From Chiloscyllium plagiosum (taxonomy: Eukaryota): 61,587 bases of DNA. Location: contig NC_057719.1 of the NCBI RefSeq assembly GCF_004010195.1, forward strand, positions 32,899,931 to 32,961,517, given 5' to 3'. Position 1 is the first letter of the stretch; each line of letters begins with the position of its first letter. Position numbers and translations under genes: made by a program. Below, piece by piece: positions 12,781-26,214 of this stretch. The notes under the pieces are model-generated. The model did not search any database, was not told the origin of the DNA, and saw only the letters and a program-made list of their open reading frames with translations.

Positions 12781-13965
12781 GTATCCAAGGATGTATAACA
12801 AATTAGCACTGGCCCTTTCAAGCGATACTCACAAAAATGCTAATTGGAAGCCAGCCATTATTCATTTCCCCCCAGTTTTCTTTAAATGTCAGCCTGTGTC
12901 CTTTGTAAGGTTTTATTCTTGAAATCATATGCTGCATTTGTGCCCATGGTTGTTACTGTTTTGTTCATTTAACAGCTCCCTATCACTGCTCAACTGACGA
13001 AAGGGATAGGTCAACAAGAAAGCAGAGGTGCTGGTATTTGAATACAAGTTATTTTCTCAGAAATGAAATGTCAATATTAATGTCAGGCATAGTTTAATTC
13101 TTAAACAGGACAAATCTAAAGGATGTTTCCTTGCTGTTAGCTGTAATGACTTTGTACTTTCTGGACATGAACATACATTCCCTTTCAGCAGTTCTTTCAA
13201 TCCATCTAACAGAAGTGACTTCATATGACTTTTAAGCTCATTTCGGTGAAAAATCAGCAAAGAATGGCACATGCTCCCAAAAAGGTTTCAACTGCAACAT
13301 TGTGAGAATGTACAAAAGGAACCACTCGGGGAAATTTCAACTGTGCATATTGGAAAAGAAAGGCTGGTTATGACCAGCTGATAACTGAAGGAGTTTGATA
13401 AATGGAAGGGCTGAGTGTATATTAAATGTGAAGCTAGTTGGATAATATGCAAGCTACATGAGCTTGGGATTGGAAGGCAATAGTCTAGCCTTTGAAAGGA
13501 AAGCAGGGAAGATCCAGAGCGAAATGGCTGGAGAGGGAGAGTCTGGAGGGAGATGGTATTATGGAGGGGGAGTGGTGGGATGGGGACATGCAGGCTAAGG
13601 AGACTACAGATGCATTGTCAGAATACAAGACATTTCAGAGATCTCCTTGCAATTGTATTTTGCAAGGAAAATGAATGTCAGCCCCAAAGATATTTATCAT
13701 GTTGCTTCAGGCTCTAATGATTTACTTTCATTAACTGTATTTTATTTCTAGTTACCTCAATGACATTCTGCTTGAGGGCAATTCTTGAGAAAGTATGACA
13801 TTGTGCTACAGCCTACATTGTAAGACTTAATGTCTTCAGGGTGCTCATTCACGTACAAAGTGATCGAGACTTTGCCTTGCTTCATATTGCTGTACATGAT
13901 GGGTGATTCTTCCTTGAACAGCAGTTTAACAAGGGAGAGGTGGTTTTGTTAGGATAGCCTGCCAA

Positions 13966-14244
13966 GTGCTCTTCAGTGGCAAGATTAGAGTGGTGCTGAT
14001 ATTGCAACTGAAGAGCACCTAGGCGAAAGTGAGGACTGCAAAGTCAAGATTAGAGTGGGGCTAGAAAAACACAGCAGGTCAGCCAGCATCCGAGGAGCAG
14101 GAAAATCGACGTTTTGGACAAAAGCCCTTCATCAGGAATGCCCGAAACGTTGACTTTCCTGCTCCTCGGATGCTGGCTGACCTGCTGTGTATCTGCAGTC
14201 CTCATTTTTGCCTAGGTGCTCTTCAGTTGCCACATCAGCACTCT
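13966..14244. repeat. PLE-derived foldback element with hammerhead remnants
   Basis: Nested inverted arms (13993-14040 vs 14195-14241; 14069-14120 vs 14139-14190). Minus-strand CTGATGAAGGGCTTTTGTCCAAAACGTC lies at the centre. Confidence 0.8.
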
Positions 14245-15534
14245 GAATTTTCCTGGTAGCTGTCCTATTTGCATTCTCTGTTATTAAAGACATCATACAA
14301 TCATTCCTTATTAGAGGATGACAGGCTCATGATCATTAAGCAGTCAAGGCAAGAGAACATGGGCAGAATATTCTCACCACATCAATGAGACGGCTGATGG
14401 TGAGAAGTTTGGAAAAGGTCAAGCGCAATGTTGGGATGTACAATGTCCCAGTATCAACACCAAAACGTTGCAGTTACCAAATAAGTCTTGGATGCTGACA
14501 CAAGATTTTCACTGGCGAGTGCCAAGAGGTCTATTAAGTGATCTTCATTCATTATAATGTCATTAAGAACTCATTTCACTAAATTAATATGCAGGCTCCT
14601 ATTCTCCCACCTGTTGATTGAAAACAAAATGACAAGAATGCATGGACATTGGGGTCCTCCATTTCATCATCATAGCACATCTCATATTTACTTGCAGTGC
14701 GCTTGACATTTACTTGCAGCAAACCAGGACCTTTCATTACAATTCTGCTGTAAGAACACTTTACACACAGTGAACAGACTGGGACAGGCTGCAGTTCAGG
14801 GCTGCTCCCCCCCGCTCCCTCGTCACACACTCGCTTTGCACCTCCCTGAACACTCACAGCATTCTTGCCTTTTTGTTCTTTGCCTGCTCAGCCAGAGCTT
14901 AAAGGTTCATAGTACTTCTGTCTTGCATTGCTGTTCAAGACAAGCTGATTGTTACCTTGAAGAATCATTGAGACTCTCTATCCCTCTCACTCTCTCTCCA
15001 TGGTTGTTGCCTGACCCATTGTGATTTCCAGCATTTGTTGTTTTTGGTACAGTTTCTAGCAGAAGCAATAATTTGCTCCTGATTGTCATGGTTGTCAACA
15101 GTGATCAATCAAAGGAGGTGGACTGTTTGGAGGTACCCAGATAACACACTGCATATGAATGAACCAAATAGCCAAGTCTCAAAGTCAAAGGGGAGTGGTC
15201 CTCAGTGAAGTAAAGTTGGCAGTGTTTGGGGGGGGCGGTTGGAAGCTATAGCTTTGTCTAATATCATTCCAGGTGTGTGGTTACTCACAGCAGCATCTAA
15301 TAAAGGTCATGCTGGTGGGGAGCATTGTAGATGTGTCCCAAGGAAGTGAGTAAGAGGTGCAGAGGCCATGCAAAATTAGTGAGATGGAGGTGTTGGTGAC
15401 AGGGGTGAGGCAGTGCAGGTGACAGTGAAAATGGAATTTCATGTGCCTTAGGTCGGAGGTGGATGGAGTGGCAGAGATAGAGCTTGTGTAAGGTAGCACA
15501 GAGAAGATAGTGGCTCTTATTGCAGCAGCGTGGA

Positions 15535-15865
15535 ATTAATCACTGATTTTTTTTGTAGCATTGCTGCATTGACCCAGGTACAGCCTCAGACCACACTGGC
15601 AGGACCTGGAGGCTTGGTCCCCTCTAACAATATCAGGGATTGAAGACAGCTCTCTGTTGCACTGGACTCCACCCAGATCACTGTTAAGATTAGAGGAATC
15701 AGGCTTTTGCCTGAAACATTGATTTCCTGCTCCTTGGATGTTGCCTGACCTGCTGTGCTTTTCCAGCACCATTCTAATCTTGACTCTGATCTCCAGCATC
15801 TGCAGTCCTCACTTTCATCCACCCAGATCACTGTCCACAATGCAGCCAATTTCACCTTACCTGTA
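15535..15865 (-). pseudogene. Decayed Harbinger-type Myb/SANT gene fragment
   Basis: Reading across frameshifts and the PLE insert gives KVKLAA..DSDL...QQRAVF...VLPVWSEA...QQCYKKIS. Confidence 0.4.
15685..15817 (+). mobile_element. Truncated PLE-derived element with a 17-bp flanking direct repeat
   Basis: Same family as the 13966 and 20638 elements. TCCACCCAGATCACTGT occurs at 15668-15684 and 15818-15834. Confidence 0.8.
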
Positions 15866-18130
15866 ATTCCTGAGGTAAATACCACACACCATGCAAGATA
15901 GCCAATCCTTGATTGGATATACAACAGTCTTTTAAAGATGGCACTGGCATTAGGAATCCCAGCATGTCCTAGCTGCATTGAGTTGGAGAATCAGGCTAAT
16001 AACAGATGAGAGGAGTACCAAAACAACTAGTTAAGACTTGTTTAGTCTTGCAGAGAGAAGCCCTCCATGAAACTTGACAAAACTGACACTTTCTGCTAAG
16101 ATTCAGCCCCCATGTTTCTTCAGATAGAGGTCAATTCTAAAACTGAATCACTTTAGCCTTTCCCCCTTCCCATTGCCAATCTCTAAACCATGAAATTGAT
16201 GTTTCATTTAGTTTTTTAAGCCACTGAAAATAATTATCAGTTTAGTGGTTTTTAAGAATTAATTCCCAGCTCCACACTATTCTGCCTGAATGCTGTGTTC
16301 AGCAAACAGTTCATTTTGGAGATGGCAGCCTCCCCATACAATTGCAACACCATGTCCTGTTATATCATGAGCCACAGATTAGATTGACACTTCGTAATGT
16401 TGCAAAATTTGCTCATCCTCAATGGTGTGCACACACAGCATGAAATAATGACGCCAGGTAAGTCCAGATAGGATACAAGCTGACTAGAATGTCCACTGAT
16501 TTTAATACTATTTTTGGGAGATCCTTTCTGTTATCACTAATGTTACTGAGAAATAAAGTCGCTCAATTTTTGTTTCTGTTTTTGTCAGATTTAGGAAGCA
16601 TAATCATGTAGCATGTACTTTCTTGTCTGATATTTCCTTTCCACAATCCTTTTTTTGGCTGTCCTTGGGCTGTTAGTATCAGCTGTGAGTGACATTGCCT
16701 TTTATAGCTCATTGTGAGCATATGCTATCTGGCTATTTAAGCAGGCAAGGTGCAAACACGACAGTCAATGAGTTCCTATTGCATTTACACCTCAACTTTT
16801 ACAACTCGGTTTTCAGGAAGTCGAAACTGAAGGCATGCAAACAAGCTCCTCATTTGCAGAGTATAGTATCAAGGGAATGCCCTGGGCAATAGAAGTCACA
16901 TCACCAAAGTTAACATAGGTTAAAGGAGATGTCACCAAGATTATGTGGATTTGCTGCTCTGCAGTTTTATTATTGGAATGGAAGGGAGAAGAAAATAAAT
17001 GACTGCTCTTCAGAATTGTAATTTTTAAAGAACACATTGCTCATGACTTACAGTGAAGTGCAAGTGAAATAACCTCAGAGACCTCATTTCAATTTTACAA
17101 ATTATAATTAGAAGGCTAATTTGAATATTAGAACTCTGGTGCAAAGTGTATAGTCACCTCTCAGTACATCTGAATCTACAGCATATTCTGCATGCACATG
17201 AATGTCAATTAAATTCAGAAGCAAATGCTCTGACTTTTTTCAGAAGCTAATATAAGAGATATGTATTTTAAGATGCTGCAAAATGTAATTGTTCACACAG
17301 AAGAATAGGGGAGGAAGAGAGTTCTTAAATTCTGGATTTAACTTTTATTGTTCAAAACAATACTTGCATTCTGGTGATGTTCATCAACCTGAAATCTTAA
17401 TTGTTTCTGTCTCCCCAGATACTGCCAGATCTTCTCAGTATTTCTATTTTTATTACAGAGGGCTATCTTGATACGTACTATTATGAGTGTAAAGAACCAT
17501 GTCATCATTTGAGAAATGCATTTATTTTTACAAGTGCCAATTGTTACAGCTTGAGTTCTATTAATTTGTTGGGCACCAAATAAAATTATATCACTCAGAT
17601 TCTGCAATGTAATGTCTCACAAATGCTGCTCAGCATAAATACAGCACATTTCAATACTGCACTCTGCTAATGTTGGAGCTGTGGAGTGTGAAGAAGGTAA
17701 ATGTTATCTTTACTCTCAGTGATTATCCAACATGTAATAAAGGAGATACCATAGAATTGGAATTTGTGCCTGTAGGATTCCAGAGATGTTTTTTTCTCGC
17801 CAGCCCTTCTGTGCAGTTATCTTCAATAAAGCCAGCTAATATTTACTCACCCTGGACCACCACTAGCTTAACACCAAGCCTGAAGAAAATCAGTTTACCT
17901 TTTGCTCAGCAATTGCTATAAGCTGTGATTTTAAGTCCATAAATCAGAGATCATTTATAAATGAACCAGCCACCCTGTGCCTCTTGTAAACCAATGGAAG
18001 CATCTGGAGAAGGACAACTAAGAAATAGAGTTCTAAACAGTACAAGAGTCATAAGAATGGTCTCAGCAACCCTTGTGAACAGAAACACTGAACTGCTTTC
18101 TCAGTTTTTCTATCTGTCCATAACCATGTT

Positions 18131-18836
18131 AGATTACAAGATCTTGACCAGATGGGCCAATGGGCTGAGAAGTGGCAGGTGAAGTTTAATTCAGATAAAT
18201 GTGAGATGCTGCATTTTGGGAAAGCAAATCTTAGCAGGACTTATACTCTTAATGGGAAGGTCCTAGGGAAGGTTGCTGAACAAAGAGATCTTGAAGTGCA
18301 TGCTCAAAGCTCCTTGAAAGTGGAGTCGCAGGTAGATAGGATAGTGAAGAAGGCAGTTGGCATGCTTTCTTTTATCGGTCAGAGTATTGAGTACAGGAGT
18401 TGGGAGGTCATGTTGCGACTGTACAGGACATTGGTTAGGCCACTGTTAGAATACTGCGTGCAATTCTAGTCTCCTTCCTATCAGAAAGATGTTGTAATAC
18501 TTGAAAGAGGGGTGACCTTATAGAGGTTTACAAAAATATGAGGGGCATGGATAGGGTAAATAGGCAAAGTCTTTTCCCTGGGATGGGGGAGTCCAGAACT
18601 AGAGGACATAGATTTAGGGTGAGAGGGGAAAGATTTAAAAGAGACCTAAGACTTTTTCACACAGAGGGTGGTATGTGTATAGACTGAGCTGCCAGAGGAA
18701 GTGGTGGAGTATGAATAGGAAGGGTTTGGAGGGATATGGGCTGGGTGCTGGCAGGTGGGAGTAGATTGGGTTGGGATATCTGGTCAGCATGGACCGCAGG
18801 GTCTGTTTCCATGCTGTACATCTCTATGACTCTATG
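18131..18836 (+). mobile_element. Young CR1 (HER1-like) 3' fragment with internal deletions
   Basis: QWAEKWQVKFNSDKCEMLHFG...LYRTLVRPLLEYCVQF, with a (CTCTATGA)n tail. Near-identical to 22932-23844 and 51832-52238. Confidence 0.92.
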
Positions 18837-19584
18837 TTTTTTTTTAAATCCCGTCCATGTCATTCTTAGTGTGTATGTGAATGGGAGTTTCTGAGGGTAT
18901 CAGAGATTTAATTTGTAGAGCAGGAGGCCAATGGTTTGTAACTGTTTATCTGTAGCTAGAGTGCAATTACTTGATTCGTATTACATGCAGAAATCATGTA
19001 ATAAGAATGTATGCATTCGATCAAACTGGGTGTGAAAGTTTTGTAAATTGGGAAATGGCATACTTTATAAAATCTTTAACTTTTGTGACAAATCTGGGCT
19101 TAATTTTCACCATTCTACCCAGTGAAGCTTGACATGTTATAAATAACAAGTAGCAAAACTTGAGTCTTAAACAAGATAAAGGGCAATTTAATTTCTTTCA
19201 GAACTATTGCTGTTAAATTAATCAAGTAAATGCCTTAAAATGATTGCTAGCAATACAGATACAAGGAACTGAATGTTACATTTTATTAGATAAATGCAAG
19301 TTGCATTGAGGGTTTGGGAGGTATTCCCATCACCACCCCCAGTAAGATTTCACACCAAATGAACCTCATTAAATATCTACCCAACACCAGTGGTGTCCCT
19401 TGTGCCCAGTCCCATCATCACCTGACCATGCACCATTCCTGGAACAGCTCACTACTCAGCGGATATCCACCACAAGACTGGCTTCCCTGGCATCCATTCC
19501 ATATTTATGAAGTCATTGTGTACCAGAACAAGCACTGGTATTTAGATGCTGCCCTGCTCAGTCAAGGACAGAACGTGAACACGT

Positions 19585-20630
19585 CAGAGCAGCGGAAGAT
19601 GGCAGCCTGATTCTCTGACAGAGACCTTGATGTCCTGATGAAGGACTGTGCAAAGGAGAGGCATCCTCCTCCTAGAGAGCCTGCAGAGGAAGATGCAGCA
19701 CCAGGTACTAGAAACTTGGTCTGAGGTCACCACCTGGGTCAGTGCCATCTTAACAATGCAGAGAAATGACATTACTGCCATTAGAAGGCCAATGACTTTC
19801 ACTGCCAGAGTAAGTGTCTCACTCTTCTCTCTTCTACCTCATACTCATTTTGCCTCTGTGACTATACCTACGACCATGACGACTCATGCCCACCACTCTC
19901 ACAATTGCCTACACCATCTTCCCTCACTTGCTCTTTTTAACTCCCCAACCCCTCATTTCACAAACCTTGTATGGTCTCTGTCTGTGCTGCCCACTTATTA
20001 AATATGAACACCTCTCTACCTTTCACCTACCTACATCAGGACTAATATCTTTTCTACCCATTCAATTGCACCCCTTGCTCTCATTGCAGGAGAGGGGTAG
20101 TCCACAATAAGGTAGAAAGTGCACAGAAAAATGCTCTGCATTTGATTTCTCAGACTCCTTGAGGAGAGAATTTTATCCCTCACAGGAGAAAACTGGGACT
20201 GCTCCCACGAGAATGTCAAGACATCCATATCTTACCAATGGAGCACGAATCACTCCTGTTCCGTTGTAACTCTATCAGTAACTCTGCTGGTAATCTCATT
20301 CGTGACACCCAATTTCTAGTCACTACCTGAGATGCCATCTCTCTTTTGTTTGGCAGGTACTGCCATCATCTCTGTAAACTCCATCGCGAAATGCTGGAGT
20401 TCCCCAGAACCTCTGAGGACAGGAATACTTAGGTCTCATTGGTAAAGCTGCCTCCTGCAACACCCTCCTCCCCCACCCCTAATCATTCACAGAGAGGGAA
20501 TGGAGCAACTGATTGGAATATGTGATTGATGGTACCTCCCTGCACAGAAGCAGTGCCAAGTCATGTGATCATCGCTGCATCCATGGACAGGTTGGTGTCT
20601 GCCATGGAGATCCAGGCCCAGCATCTCATT
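19585..20630 (+). pseudogene. Decayed spliced Harbinger-type Myb/SANT gene
   Basis: RKMAA*FSDRDLDVLM...VQRRGILL...ETWSEVTTWVSA...; donor GTAAGT at 19810; acceptor ttgcag ending 20089, then (frameshifted) VHNKVESAQ...EERILSLTGEN. Confidence 0.6.
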
Positions 20631-20637
20631 TGAATGA

Positions 20638-20768
20638 GTTCTGATGAAGGGCTTTTGCCCGTAGCGTCGATTTTCCTGCTCCTCGGATGCTGCCTGACCT
20701 GCTGTGCTTTTCTAGCACCGCTCTAATCTTGACTCTAATCTCCAGCGTCTGTATTACCCACTTCTGCC
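20638..20768 (+). repeat. PLE-derived short element with a mutated hammerhead
   Basis: CTGATGA-AGGGC-TTTT-GCCC-GTAG-CGTC: the GAAA core is mutated to GTAG. Confidence 0.75.
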
Positions 20769-21814
20769 TAATAAATGTTGGCCAGCCTGCAACGGCCACA
20801 TCTCACAAAATGAATAAAATCAAAAATCTGCAATGTAAAATTAGTGTCAATATTTTGCAAGCTCCTGCAAATAATCTACTGGCACAGGCTAGTACCATAT
20901 TCATAGCAAAATACAAAATTAACAGCTTGATTTGAATTCACCTATTCAACTAGAGCAGACGATACTTGCAATAATTGAATGCAATTTTTTTTCTCAAGGC
21001 AAGATAATGTATTAATTAAACAATACAGAAGCCTGAAAGAAATTAGTTATTAAAAAAAACATTAATTACATTTGCAATAATACGCATTTCTCTCATTAAC
21101 TTATACTGTTATCAAAATAGAATACACAAAAAGTCATTTTTTTAAAACTTAACTACAAATTAAAATTATTTTATTCTTATGTATGATTTTAAGCAAATCT
21201 ATTTACAGTATTGTGTCTGCTTAGCCTAGAAAAGTTGAGTATTATTTAATACACATTGAACTGAGCATGGCTTTCTATAAACTACATCTTTGATAAGATC
21301 CATTCACTGCCTTTGAGTGTGGTCCAGATTGTGTTATTATCTCAGGCCCGAGTGACAGCACCATTTGCCTAATTCATTTCATTTGTGAACAATGATGTGT
21401 TCAGGCTTCACTAATAAGACACCATCATTATAAAGAGATGTTAACAGGCAGACAGGTCAAAAGTGTCTTTAGAATGAACAATTTTTGATGCCAGAAACTA
21501 AGAAGAACTCATCTCCAATGGTGTGAAAGAAATTATTTCTTCACTATATTAATTATTCAATGGGATTATTTTATTTTTGCTTATTTATCTGATTATTAAT
21601 GTTATTTGGGGTTTTCATTACAGTGAGGAATATTAAGCCATGGACTATTTCCCAATTCAGGGACATCATGCAGTCCAAACCAGTTTTAATGGAGTTCGAG
21701 CAAAGAAACATAGAAACAGAAACAGAAATTGCAAGAGAAACTCAATAAGTCTGCTCGCATCTTTGGAGAGAGGACAGAACTAACATTTCAAGTCCAGTGA
21801 CCACTCTGAAGGGC

Positions 21815-22190
21815 TCACTTTCTCCTCATATCCGTTGATGTCTTTAAAATCGAAACATTTATTTATTCCTTCTTTGAATGCATTCAATGACTAGGCCTCC
21901 ACAGCTGACTTTGGGAGAAAATTCCACTGCTTCGTTACTCTTTGAGTGAAGGACTTTTTCCTCATCTCAGTTCTAAATGGTTCACCCCTGAGAATGTGTG
22001 GCAGGCTCGAAACTCCCTAATCATTTAAACATCCATCCTGCATCTACTCTGTTCAGTTTGATAGACTTCCATATGTTTCAATCAGATCCCCTCTCATTCT
22101 TCAAAACTCTAGTCAATACACACCCTGTTGAATCAATCTCTCCTGACATGACAATCCTGCCATCCCTGGTATCAGCCTAATGAACTGCTA
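21815..22190 (-). mobile_element. Old CR1 3' fragment
   Basis: Similar to 7500-7860 (TTCAATGACTAGGCCTCCACAGC...CTCATCTCAGTTCTAAATGG). Confidence 0.6.
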
Positions 22191-22739
22191 CTTCTCCTTT
22201 GTCCCAATGACAAGCCTCAGTTCCAATCTCAAAATTAATCTCCCTAAACTCCATTACTGTGACATTTATGTTTAATTTGCACCAGATACATTATGGGGAT
22301 TCTGTTTGAATGAAATTGCCAATTTATTTCAACTTGGCAGGTTTGCACACTCAATTTAAAAACAATAGTAAAATAGAGAGGACAATCCTTTGATAAATTC
22401 ATAGTTTGAAAGTTTTTATTTAACAAGAGCAATATATTTTTATCTTGGAACAGCGGCGAGTTAGAGGGAATGTAAATCAGTAATTTAAAATGATGAAGGC
22501 ATTGTAGATGTATCAAAGTGGTTAATATTATCCAAGTTAAGCACCAGAAAACCATGGGACCAACCATATGTCATCGATAAAACTAACAGTAGTGTCTAGG
22601 TTAGACGTGAAGAGGCAGTAGAGAACTCATGATAGAAGGGACAATGCGTGTGAAGATTTTAAATTCAATGCAACAATTCACCAGCTGGATTTTTCTCCAG
22701 GAATGAAAGATATATTAAGTTTCTCATGTGGTATTGCAA

Positions 22740-22931
22740 GGAGCAATACCTTGAGCCCAGATGTTCATAATATATATCTATGATTTAAAATATGAGATCA
22801 AATGCAATATTTTCAAATTTACAGATGATGCAAAATGGAGTGGGAATGTGTATTGTCAGGAAGATGTGCAAAGCAGCTTCATTAAGATTTGGACAAGCTT
22901 ACTGATTGGACAAGGGTATGGCAAGTGAAAT
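22740..22931 (+). mobile_element. Old CR1 RT fragment, probably continuing at 26215-26875
   Basis: IFKFTDDAK (the FADD motif region) followed by WTRVWQVKY. Confidence 0.6.
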
Positions 22932-24780
22932 ATAGAGTTATACAGTCATAGAGATGTACAGCATGGAAACAGACCCTTCAGTCCAACCCCTCCACACTGA
23001 CCAGATATCCCAACCCAATCTAGTCCCACCTGCCAGTACCTGGACCATATCCCACCAAACCCTTCCTATTCATATACCTATCCAAATGTCTTTTAAATGT
23101 TACAATTGTACTAGCCTCTACCACTTCCTCTGGCAGCTCATTCCATACACCTACCACCCTCTGTGTGAAAACATTGCCCCTTAGGTCTCTTTTATATCTT
23201 TCCTCTGTCACCCTGAACCAATGCCCTCTAGTTCTGGACTCCCCGACCCCAGGGAAAAGACTTTGCTTATTTATCCTATCCATGCTCCTCATGATTTTGT
23301 AGACCTCTCTAAGGTCACCCCTCAGCCTCTGATGCTCCAGGGAAAACAGCCCCAGCCTGTTCAGCCTCTCCCTGTAGCTCAGATCCTCCAACCCTGGCAA
23401 CATCCTTGTAAATCTTTTCTGAACCCTTTCAAGTTTCACAACATCTTTCCAAAAGGAAGGAGACCAGAATTACATGCAATATTCCAACAGTGGCCTAACC
23501 AATGTCCTGTACAGCTGCAACATGACCTGTACTCAATGCTCTGACCAATAAAAGAAAACATACCAAACGCCTCCTTCACTATCCTATCTACCTGCGACTC
23601 CACTTTCAAGGAGCAATGAGCCTGCACTCCAAGGTCTCTTTGTTCAGCAACCCTCCCTAGGACCTTACCATTAAATGTATAAGTCCTGCTAAGATTTGCT
23701 TTCCCAAAATGCAGCACCTCACATTTATCTGAATTAAACTCCATCTGCCACTTCTCAGCCCATTGGCTCATCTGATCAAGATCCTGTTGTAATCTGAGAT
23801 AACCCTCTTCACTGTCCACTACACCTCCAATTTTGGTGTCATCTNNNNNNNNNNNNNNNNNNNNNNNNNNNNNNNNNNNNNNNNNNNNNNNNNNNNNNNN
23901 NNNNNNNNNNNNNNNNNNNNNNNNNNNNNNNNNNNNNNNNNNNNNNNNNNNNNNNNNNNNNNNNNNNNNNNNNNNNNNNNNNNNNNNNNNNNNNNNNNNN
24001 NNNNNNNNNNNNNNNNNNNNNNNNNNNNNNNNNNNNNNNNNNNNNNNNNNNNNNNNNNNNNNNNNNNNNNNNNNNNNNNNNNNNNNNNNNNNNNNNNNNN
24101 NNNNNNNNNNNNNNNNNNNNNNNNNNNNNNNNNNNNNNNNNNNNNNNNNNNNNNNNNNNNNNNNNNNNNNNNNNNNNNNNNNNNNNNNNNNNNNNNNNNN
24201 NNNNNNNNNNNNNNNNNNNNNNNNNNNNNNNNNNNNNNNNNNNNNNNNNNNNNNNNNNNNNNNNNNNNNNNNNNNNNNNNNNNNNNNNNNNNNNNNNNNN
24301 NNNNNNNNNNNNNNNNNNNNNNNNNNNNNNNNNNNNNNNNNNNNNNNNNNNNNNNNNNNNNNNNNNNNNNNNNNNNNNNNNNNNNNNNNNNNNNNNNNNN
24401 NNNNNNNNNNNNNNNNNNNNNNNNNNNNNNNNNNNNNNNNNNNNNNNNNNNNNNNNNNNNNNNNNNNNNNNNNNNNNNNNNNNNNNNNNNNNNNNNNNNN
24501 NNNNNNNNNNNNNNNNNNNNNNNNNNNNNNNNNNNNNNNNNNNNNNNNNNNNNNNNNNNNNNNNNNNNNNNNNCCTTTATACTCTTCTAAGGATTCACTC
24601 GATCTATCCTGTCTATACCTGACATATGCTTCCTTTTTTTTCTTAACCAAACCCTCAATTTCTTTAGTCATCCAGCATTCCCTCTACCTACCAGCCTTTC
24701 CTTTCACCCTGACAGGAATATACTTTCTCTGGATTCTCGTTATCTCATTTCTGAAAGGTTCCCATTTTCCAGCCGTCCCT
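22932..24780 (-). mobile_element. Young CR1 (HER1-like) LINE spanning an assembly gap
   Basis: DDTKIGGVVDSEEGYLRLQQDLDQMSQWAEKWQMEFN and LERVQKRFTRMLPGL...FTQRVVGVWNELPEEVV, with a (CTCTATGA)n tail. Confidence 0.95.
23845..24573. other. Assembly gap
   Basis: Run of N. Confidence 1.
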
Positions 24781-26205
24781 CAATTCTTCCTACCAAAGTT
24801 CATGACCTCACATTTTCCCACTTCTTTGCCCACTCCCCAGATCTGCCCAAATCCTTCTACAGCCTCCCTGCCTCCTCAATGTTACCAGTGCCTCTACTTA
24901 CCTTTGTATCATCTGCAAACGTAGCCTGAATGCCCTCAGTTCCTTCATCTGGATCGTTCATGTATAAAGTGAAACTGAGCCTTATTGAATACCATCTGCC
25001 ATCTTGAGAAGGAGCCTTTTATCCTCACTCTGTGATTTCTGCCAGACAGCCAAGCTTCTATCCATGCTAGCACCTTGCCTCTGACACCATGGTCCCTTAT
25101 CTTATTTAGTAGCCTCTTGTGTGGCACTTTGTAAAAGGCCTTCTTGAAGTCTAGGTAGATGACATCCATTAGCCTCCTTGGTCTAACCTGTTTGTTACTT
25201 CCTCGAAGAATTCTAGCAGATTTGCCAGGCAGGATCTCCCCTTGACAAAACCATGCTGACTTTGCCCTATTTTACCATACAGTTCCAAATATTCAGACAT
25301 TTCATCCTTCAAAATGGATTCCAGGATCTTACCCATGACCAAGGTTATGCTAATCAGTCTGTAATTTTCTGTCTTTTGCCTTACTCCCATTTTAAACAGG
25401 GGTGTCACGTTAACAATTTTCCTGTCCTTTAGGACCCACCCGGATTCTAGCATTTCCTGAAAGGTCATACTAACGTCTCTGCTATCTCTTCAGCTATCTC
25501 CCTTGGAACTCTGGGGTGTAGTCCATCTGGTCCAGGTGATTTATCCACCTTCAAGCCATTCAGTTTTTCTAGCACCGTTTCCTTGGTGATGGCCACCATA
25601 CTCAGCTCTCCCCCCTCACTCTCTTGAAGTTTTGGAATTTTACTCATGATTTCCTCCGTGAAGACTGAAACTAAGTAATTATACAGTTCCTCAGCCATTT
25701 CCTTGTTCCCCACTACTACCTCTCCAGCATCACTTTCCCAGTAGCCCAAGTCCACTTCTGCTTCTCTTCTGTCCTTTATATATCTAAAGAAACTCTTACA
25801 GTTTTCCTTTATATTACTGGCTAGCTTACCCTCATATTTTATCTTCTCTCTCCTTATTTCTTTTTATTGTTATTCTCTGCTGGTCTTTGTAAGCTTTCCA
25901 ATCCTTTGGTTTACCACTACCTTTTGCCACATTATATGCTTTCTCTTCTGCTTTAATGCTATCCCTGTCTTCCTTCATCAGCAATGGTTCTCTCATCCTC
26001 CCTTAGCTCTGCTTCTTTTTCCTCAGGATGAATCTCTGCTGTGTCTCCTGTATCACTCCCAGAAACCCCTGCCATTGTTGTTTCACTATCTTTCCTGCTG
26101 GCCTCCTCTCCCAGTCAATTCTGCCCAGCTCCTCCATCATGCCTCTGTAGTTGCCTTCATTCAGCTGTAACACTGTTACCTCAGGTTCTATCTTCTTCCT
26201 CTCAA
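24781..26205 (-). mobile_element. CR1 ORF2 fragment from a different, older subfamily
   Basis: KSPGPDGLHPRV, NYRLISIT, SQHGFVKGRSCLANLLEFFEEVT, DVIYLDFKKAF. Confidence 0.9.
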
Positions 26206-26214
26206 ATTTATTTT

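Noticed and set aside
14108..20668. Hammerhead-like motifs at about 14108-14137 and 20641-20668 as active ribozymes
   Set aside because: The GAAA core is mutated (AAAA and GTAG respectively).
23436..24924. The longest ORFs in the track (411 and 363 aa)
   Set aside because: They read through the N gap; the real residues are CR1 ORF2 or its antisense.
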